64,000 nucleotides of DNA from Neocallimastix sp. 'constans' (lineage: Eukaryota). The notes below the pieces were generated by a model that was not told the origin of the DNA, did not search any database, and saw nothing but the letters and a program-made list of their open reading frames with translations. Below are positions 56,301 to 64,000 of this stretch, piece after piece; the stretch's first letter is position 1; every line of letters starts with the position of its first letter. Location of the stretch: assembly GCA_050613775.1 (NCBI GenBank), contig JBODTK010000121.1:248001-312000 (forward strand). The letters are read 5' to 3'. The position numbers were made by a program, and so were the translations under genes.

Positions 56301-57307
56301 CCAACAATTTGTCTCTGAATCATGTATATTTAAAAAGGTCAATAAGGAAAATACATCATGTATAATCGGCATTTATGTTGATGACATGATTATTACAGGT
56401 AAGGACCAAGATATTTCCAAAACCATTTAAATTAATAAAAGAAAAATTCAAAATTTCAAATTGTGAAAGAATCAACTATTTACTTGGTATAAAAGTAGAA
56501 AAAAAGAATAACTCATACTTAATTTCTCAGACTACTTACATTAAAAATATTTTATCAAAATTCAAAATTAATAATAATCCTAAAACTAATACACCTTGTA
56601 CTGGTGATAATATAAACGAAAATAATAATCCGTTTAATAAAACAAAATATAAAAGTGCATTAGGTTCCCTTATTTATTTAACTATATGTAGTCGTCCTGA
56701 TATTTCATTTTCTGTTAATAAAGCCGCTAGGAAAGCTAAGAACCCAAATATTTCAGACTGGAATAAGATAATTAATATTCTTAAATATTTAAATTCAACT
56801 TTAAATTATAAAATTAAATACACAGGAACAGAGGAATTTAATGCTTTTACGGACGCTGACTTAGGGGGAAATATAACTGATAAAAAGTCAACCTCCGGAA
56901 ATATATAATTCTTATGGGAAAAAAGCCCAATTTGTTGGTCATCAAAAAAGCAATCTACAGTAGCTACCTTTATAATGGAAGCGGAATATATCGGAACTTC
57001 TGAATGCGCAAAAAAGGTACTTTGGATAAGAAATATGTTAACTGAATTATCCAATTTCGACAAACCAATTAAAATTTACACTGACAACATTTCTAGTAAA
57101 ACAATAATTGAAAATGGACAATTAAACTCAAAATTAAGACATATTAATTTAAAATTCTATTTTAACAAAGATCATATTAAAATGAAAAGAGTTATATTAG
57201 AATATATTGATACGGAAAGAATATTAGCCGACGTTTTGACTAAAACTATTAATGGACCTAAAATGAAGAAATTCTCAAACATAATTTTTGACATAACAGA
57301 AAATTAA
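53310..57307 (+). pseudogene. Disrupted gag-pol polyprotein of copia element
   Basis: Fragment ORFs 53295-53564, 53595-54185, 54172-54795, 54851-55435, 56067-56318 and 56975-57307. The integrase catalytic Glu codon reads TAA (NGKA*RFN) and the protease Asp reads Asn. Confidence 0.9.
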
Positions 57308-57311
57308 GTTT

Positions 57312-57321
57312 GACAGGGGAA
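57312..57321 (+). promoter_or_regulatory. Polypurine tract (plus-strand primer) of copia element
   Basis: GACAGGGGAA immediately 5' of the 3' LTR TG. Confidence 0.85.
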
Positions 57322-57578
57322 TGTTAGAATATAGAGAATTAATGTTGAAATATATTAAATTAAATTTATTAAATTAATATTCGTTATATAATTTATCTCA
57401 TTATATTTGAAATACATCTTTAATTAATTGTAATAAAAGTTCATTATATTTGGCACTAGCCACAACTAGTATAAATAAAATGTAATTTTTCTAAATTTTT
57501 TAACATTGTAATTGCCTATTAAAATATTTTTAATAAATAAAGTTTATATTAAAACCAAATATTATTTTATTCTTAATG
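57322..57578 (+). repeat. 3' LTR of copia element (257 bp)
   Basis: TGTTAGAATATAGAG...TTATTCTTAATG, preceded by a purine tract and followed by the TSD ATAAT. Confidence 0.93.
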
Positions 57579-58949
57579 ATAATAATATTTTTATTGAAAT
57601 TATATTAAATTAAAATCAATGTTATTAAAAAGTAATATTTTTATATGTTCAAATGAATATCAAAAAAAATTAAAATTATTTTTTAAACTGTTAAAAAATT
57701 ATTTATGAGTTAGTTTAAAATATTAAAAAAAAATAATAATAAGATAAAATAAAATAAAATAATGAATTAAAAATTTTAATATCGTATAATAGATAAATAC
57801 TAATACTATTATTATTATTATTTCTTATATATTATATATTTATGATAATAATAATATTATTTTTATTGAAATTATATTAAATTAAAATCAATGTTATTAA
57901 ATAGTAATATTTTTATATGTTCAAATGTATATCAAAAAATTTAAAATTATTTTTTTTACTATTAAAAAATTATGTAAGAGTTGGTTGACATAAACTTTAA
58001 ATTTATGCTATAATACAGAAGGATAAATTATTAAATATAAAAGGAAATAAGAAAAATAAAGTAACATAAGAAATAAAATAAAATATAATAAAATAAAAAA
58101 TAAAATAATTTAAGAAATAAGATAAAAAAAAAAATAAGATAATATATATAATAAAATAAAATATATCTATTATTTTTTTTTAAAAAAAAAAATATTTTAT
58201 AATATATTATCATTATTATTATATTTGCTGAAATATATATATATATGAAAGAAAAAACTAAAATTATTATCCTCACTAAATTTTGTACTTTTTTAAAAAT
58301 TCTCTTAATAAATCTTTTTTTTTTTTTTTTTTTTTTTTTTTCTTCTTCTAGTAATAAACTTTATTTATTAACATTTTAATATAAAAATAATAAAAATAAA
58401 AAAAAAAAAAAAAAAAAAAAATTACCTTAAATTTTTTACATTAATATTATATAAAAAAAAAAAAAAATTTTTTACATTAATATTATATATAAAAAAAAAA
58501 AAAAAAAAAAAAAAGTGACCCACTCACATATATATAAAGCATTGCTATTAACAGTAATTTTTTTTTTATTATCAATACAATTTATAAATTCAGTGATAAT
58601 AATTAAGATTTCTAATATATATTTATAATTTTTATTTTATTTTTTATATTTAAATTTATTTATTTACAAATATTTATTATTAATATTATTATTAATTTTA
58701 ATATTATTATAATTATAATAAATAATAATTATTATTTTTATTTGTATTTTATTATTGTTGTTATTAATTATTTTCATTAAAGTTTAAATCTTTTTATAAA
58801 CTAATACTACATTGTATATTCTATATATACATATTAAAATTATTGATTTTCAGTTTTTAGTTTTTATATTACAAAAAATTAGAATTAATGATAAAGAATT
58901 TTATTATTTTTATTTTGTTAATAATTAATATTAATATAAATTAGAGTTA

Positions 58950-60287
58950 TTAATAATAGGACATAGAGTTCTTATTATAATTATTACTATTTTCGTATTT
59001 ATTATAATTATTTGTATTGGATTTTAAATCTGATATTAATGAATTCATGTAGTATGAGGAATCCTTGTAATTATTATTAACATCAATATTAACATCATCA
59101 TCATTATTATTAGATATATTTGTTCCAAAGTTATTTGTTTGGACAAAAGGATTACTATAGGAATCATCACCATTTTTATTATTCATAATGGTTTCACTAA
59201 ATAATAATCCTTTGCTAGAAGTATGTGAGGAGTAAGGTTGTGAATTATATGAGGTTGAATTTGGTAAATTCATGTTGTATTTATTTATTTCATTATATTC
59301 ATGATTATAGCTGTCATTCTGCATGGATTTTGACTTATTATTGTAATTGATGGATTTACTAGAAATAGTCTTAAGTCTTTGATTACTACGTTCAGCGTAA
59401 CGTCTTAACAATATTTGATCAATGAACATAAAATTGTAATTTAAACAAATGACCACTCTACGAATATTTTCTAAAGAAAAATCAATACTGAAATCACATT
59501 TTTCTGGAGATTTTTGACATGAATTCATATTGACGTATACGAAGAAAAATACGAAAGGTAAGAATATTAATGAAATAGCCATAGAAACTACGATACGGAA
59601 TTCAGAAATTCTTTGGAATTTTTCTAAGAAATTGTGTCTACCAGAATTCTTAAATTCTTTAAGTCGATTAAAAAGACAAGCTTTTAAGGCATAGATAACA
59701 GAAATATCATAGATACAACTGGTAACCTGAATTAAAGCAATAATAGACCACCATCTAATTTTAAAAATTGCAGTTTTTGGGTTGATTAAACCACCGTCTA
59801 AATAGGTTAAATCAATATCATAGAAGTAACAGAACATACCTAAAATTTTAGATAGGTTGTACAAAATACAGGTAGCATAAACAAATTTAACTTTTTTACC
59901 ATTATTTGCTACAGCTTTCGTTCTAAGTAATGGATACCAATCTCCTATAATTTCACCAAGGGAAAAGAAAATATTACCTACACCATAACTAACATACCAA
60001 ATAGTCATACTAGAAGGCCAAGAATATTTTGCTTTATCTGTTGGAAGAATATATTGAGTTTGATAAAATAAATCACCTAAATATCTTATAAAAAAATGAG
60101 CAAATAAAATGAGAATAATTGGCTTCCTTAAGTTTTGACTATTTAAAGTAAGAATGACAATAATCCATGGAAAAAGTTCACATCTAAGATGAGGGGTAAC
60201 TAATTTTTGATAAATATCATATTTATTCCATATAGTATCGTAAAAGTTTAATGGATTTGCGTCGACGTAATCAAATATAGCTTGCAT
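58950..60287 (-). CDS. Seven-transmembrane receptor-like protein, paralogue 5 (445 aa, most divergent)
   Basis: Intact ORF with FPW, HFFIRYLGD, SWPSS, GEIIGDWYPLLRTK, KFQRISEFRI, DQILL; Asn/Ser-rich tail. Confidence 0.88.
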   Translation of the reverse strand: MQAIFDYVDANPLNFYDTIWNKYDIYQKLVTPHLRCELFPWIIVILTLNSQNLRKPIILILFAHFFIRYLGDLFYQTQYILPTDKAKYSWPSSMTIWYVSYGVGNIFFSLGEIIGDWYPLLRTKAVANNGKKVKFVYATCILYNLSKILGMFCYFYDIDLTYLDGGLINPKTAIFKIRWWSIIALIQVTSCIYDISVIYALKACLFNRLKEFKNSGRHNFLEKFQRISEFRIVVSMAISLIFLPFVFFFVYVNMNSCQKSPEKCDFSIDFSLENIRRVVICLNYNFMFIDQILLRRYAERSNQRLKTISSKSINYNNKSKSMQNDSYNHEYNEINKYNMNLPNSTSYNSQPYSSHTSSKGLLFSETIMNNKNGDDSYSNPFVQTNNFGTNISNNNDDDVNIDVNNNYKDSSYYMNSLISDLKSNTNNYNKYENSNNYNKNSMSYY

Positions 60288-61265
60288 TTTTGATAAAATA
60301 TAGATATGATATTTCTATCTATTTTAAACTTTTTTAATTTATTTTATAATTATTTTATTTTTATCTCAATTTTTTATTTATTTATTTTATTAAAAATATA
60401 TTATTATAATTTTTATAATTTTTTTTTCCTTTATATCTTTAAATTTATCTAATAATTATGAAAAAAAAAATGTAGAAGTAGATTAAAAAAAAAATAGAAA
60501 AAAAAAAAAAAATAGGAATATTTCTTTATTTTATATCCAAAATTTAATAAACTCTTTTTTTTTTTTTTTTTTTTTTTGAAGAGTAATAAAAAAAGAATTG
60601 TTAATATGTTTTAACCAATAGAATAAATAATAATAATAATAATGATTTTTATTAATAAATATTTTTAATTATATATTTATTAAAGTTTATATATTATAAA
60701 AATTTTCAAAAATAAAAAATAAATAAATTTAATTTTTCCATTGTTTTTTTTTTTTTTTTTTTATTATTTTTTTAATATATATATATATTTTTTATTTAAT
60801 GAAAATTTTAATATACTATTTTAATTGTATAAAATTAAATATTTATATATTTATATGTTTTATTAATTTTTTTTTTTTCATAATTTTATAATAGTCAATA
60901 AATTAATATATTAGTTTATATTATAATTTATATTATATATTATATATCATAACAATTATCATCAATATAATATGAAACTTAATTAATATTAATTCTATTA
61001 TTTTTATTTTATTATAACAATGGTCAATTAAATAATTTATGCCAAAATATAAAATTATCTATTATTTAAAAATACATATAGATAACAATAACTATTAATA
61101 ATTATTAATAATTATTAAAAAAAAATATTATTTAATTTAAAATATTTCAGTTATAATTAATATATATAATAATAAACAACTCTTTAAAAATGTTACTACG
61201 TTTTTTTTAATTTTTATTTTATTATTTTTTTTTTAATTTTTTATTTTATTTATATTATATTGTAA

Positions 61266-61410
61266 TTCATATTATAATTATTACTTTTAATAGCAATAAC
61301 AATTGATCATATCTTAATTCATATTATAATTATTACTTTTAATAGCAATAACAATTGATCATATCTTAATTCATATTATAATTATTACTTTTAATAGCAA
61401 TAACAATTGA
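61266..61410. repeat. Tandem repeat of about 53 bp, about 2.7 copies
   Basis: TTCATATTATAATTATTACTTTTAATAGCAATAACAATTGA occurs three times. Confidence 0.88.
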
Positions 61411-64000
61411 AGTTTCAATTTAAAATTTAACATTTAATAATACTTTTGATCTTATTATTTATAAGTATAATAAATATATATTAATTATAGTTTTATACAA
61501 AATATATATATCACACATATAATTATAATATATAAATCAAATATATCTGTATTCATATTATTATTCATAATCTGTGATTTTTTAAATATTAATATTTAAT
61601 AAGGTAAATATTAATATTTACCTAATTTTTAAAGATGATACTCTTTTATAGTAAAAAGAGTATCATCTTTAAAAATATTGTGTTCTTTTAATCTTTTACA
61701 TGTTTTTTTTTTCTTTTTTTTTATATATTAATATATTATATTAAATATAAATATATTAATAGTTAAAATTATTTTATTATATCTATTTAAAATTTAATTA
61801 TAAATAATTTATAAATAAATAAATGAAAAATTTTTTATTTTATTTCATTTTAAAATTATTAAAATTAAAATTTATAAATAATTAAATTTAATATATTATT
61901 ATTATTATTATTATTATATACCGTTATTGGAATCTTTATTTTTTTTTTTTTTTTTATAAAATTTAATAAAATATATTTTATAATTTATAGTTAATGAAAA
62001 TTTATAAATTTTAATTTTTAAAATTTTTAAATTATTATAAATCATTATTTATTTATTTATTTATTTATTTTCCTATTTATTTATTTTTCTATTAATTATT
62101 TTTTTTTATAGTTTTAATAGGTTTTTTTTTTTACCTTATATTTGTATAAATAATAATAATAACAATAATATATTAATTAAACTACATAATTCAATCTTAT
62201 ACTCACTTTTTTTTATATTTATATATTGTATATTATTTTATATTTATATTTATATTTTATATTTTATATTATATAATTTTTTTTCTAATATAATCTAAAC
62301 TTAATTTTATTAATTCAAAATAAATCGTAATTTAAAAAAAAAAATTTTTTTTTTATATAACATTATTTAAAATTAAATAAAAATAACAAATTTTTACAAA
62401 AATAAAAATATTTAATTAAAATTTATATTATTATAAAAAAAAATTAAAAATGAAAATAAAAATAAAAAATAAATAAAAAATAAATAAAATTATCATACGT
62501 GAGTCTCGAATTTTTAATTAATTATATCCTTATTAATATTATTCTATTTTTGATAAATATACTAAAAATATAAAAAAAATTTATGTCTTAAATAAAATCG
62601 TAAATGGTATACATTAAAATATTAAAGATAAAAATTAAAAAAAAAAAAAAAAAAAAATCCAGATCTATCTGTAAAATATATGGATCAATATAATTCATTT
62701 ATTTACTTATTTTTGTAACTATATATATAATTTAATTTATTATATATATATATTGGAAAATTATTTTAATTAATAGTATACTATTAATAATAATCATTTA
62801 AAATTTTTTAATCCTAGTTCACTTTTATTTAATATTTAAATTAATTTAAGTAATAATTTTTATTATTATCAGGGGTGATATATGTCAATGGAGATATATA
62901 TAGGAATATTAGGGAATACAGCCCCAGGCAGAAATGTGTAACGACGTGTAAAGGGGCGATGCTGTACTAGTATGCCAGTATATCGTATTAAACAGTTGCA
63001 TTTGTTATGACCATAATGGGAGATGTGTACCCAATTTTTTATATTTTTAGTATATATATCTAAATTATTTATTATCAGGGAATATTTATTTTATAAATAT
63101 ATTTTAATAAGAAAAGATGTCTTTTAAAAATTAAATATTTTATATTAGATAATATTTTATTATTGTTTTTTTTTTTTTTTTATTAATTTATATATTGGAA
63201 ATGAAATGATTTAACAATAAAATATAACAGTTATAAATATACAGTATACATTTATATATATATATATATATAAATTTTTTCAATTTTATTAAATGAAACA
63301 AAATTATTTTTTTTTTTTTTTATTTATATTATTTTAATATCATTAAATTTATTCTATAAAGATTAAATAAAAGTAATATATAAAGGAACCAGTAGAATGA
63401 ATTAAAAATATATATATATATATATTTAAGATTATTAATTTTTTATTTATTAATCTTTATATTTATTTATTCATTTTAAATTTTAATTTTATTTATTAGA
63501 AATTTTATATTTTTTGTTGTTTTAATTTTTATTTTACTTTTTTTTTTTTTTTTTAACATCTAATTATATTATATATTGCTTAAAATAAAATCTTAAATAT
63601 TATAAAATTCTATTTCATTTTTATTTTTTATTCTTAAAGTTTATTCTTAAAGTTTTTTTTTTTTTTTTTTTATTTTTTTTATTTTTTATTTTTTTTATTT
63701 TTTTCATTTTTTTTTTATTTTTATGATTTTATTTTATTTAATTTTTTTATTTATTTATTTTTAATTTTTTATTTATTTTAAATTTTTTTATATATTTTAA
63801 AAATAAAACATAATAAAAATAAAATAAGAGATAAAAATTAAAAATCCATATTTTAATTTGTTTTAATTTTTAATCTAATTTTTATTCTTATTATTTATAT
63901 ATATATATATTTTTTTTTTAATTTTTTATATTTTATTTTATATATATAATAATTTTTAATAAATATTTTTTATTTATTAATAAAAGAAAATATAAATAAA

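Larger units (their letters stand above)
53016..57578 (+). mobile_element. Ty1/copia LTR retrotransposon with both LTRs, coding region disabled
   Basis: Paired LTRs of about 258 bp and an ATAAT target-site duplication (53011-53015 / 57579-57583). Domain order is gag (zinc-knuckle remnant GYICEMKGHTTDKC), protease (WTYNTGCSEH), integrase (HSDLIGP, KTDNGLEF), RT (QLDIKAAYL, LYGLKQSGR, IYVDD), RNase H (FTDAD, EAEYIG, ADVLTK). Integrase before RT identifies copia. Multiple stops and frameshifts. Confidence 0.96.
52680..57985. repeat. Tandem triplication of a unit of about 250 bp whose middle copy is split by the copia element
   Basis: The unit start A(T/C)GAATTAAAAATTTTAATAT(C/T)GTATAATAGATAAATA occurs at about 52681, 52924 and 57762; copy 2 resumes at 57579. 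Confidence 0.85.

Noticed and set aside
23420..60287. Microbial or animal opsin identity for the 7TM proteins
   Set aside because: No conserved Lys in the predicted TM7; the conserved Lys is in TM4
62931..62981. Helitron 3' end (GCCCC...GGGGC followed by CTAGT)
   Set aside because: The stem is only 5 bp with a long loop and complex sequence continues past CTAG, which does not fit the usual compact hairpin terminus

Overview
Extremely AT-rich eukaryotic genomic DNA with poly-A/T tracts, microsatellites and a spliceosomal intron. The composition and the fungal-type hexokinase suggest an anaerobic gut fungus (Neocallimastigomycota); this is inference. Six intact protein genes can be supported. 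One is a two-exon hexokinase (join 13154..13297,13594..14874; the ORF track misses exon 1). The other five are co-oriented, intronless paralogues (minus strand, 23.4-60.3 kb) of an unnamed seven-transmembrane, receptor-like family with highly conserved polar intramembrane motifs and variable Ser/Asn-rich C-terminal tails. Mobile DNA includes a two-LTR but disabled Ty1/copia element (53016-57578) whose primer-binding site matches the anticodon arm of tRNA-Lys(CUU). It also includes a second heavily deleted copia relic (about 38.1-38.7 kb), a non-LTR RT fragment (about 16.1-17.06 kb), a non-autonomous Mutator/foldback-like element with a 9-bp TSD (42907-44010), and three decayed copies of an unidentified coding repeat. 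Satellites, local tandem duplications and several perfect hairpins fill the intergenic space. Most short ORFs in the track are low-complexity artefacts.
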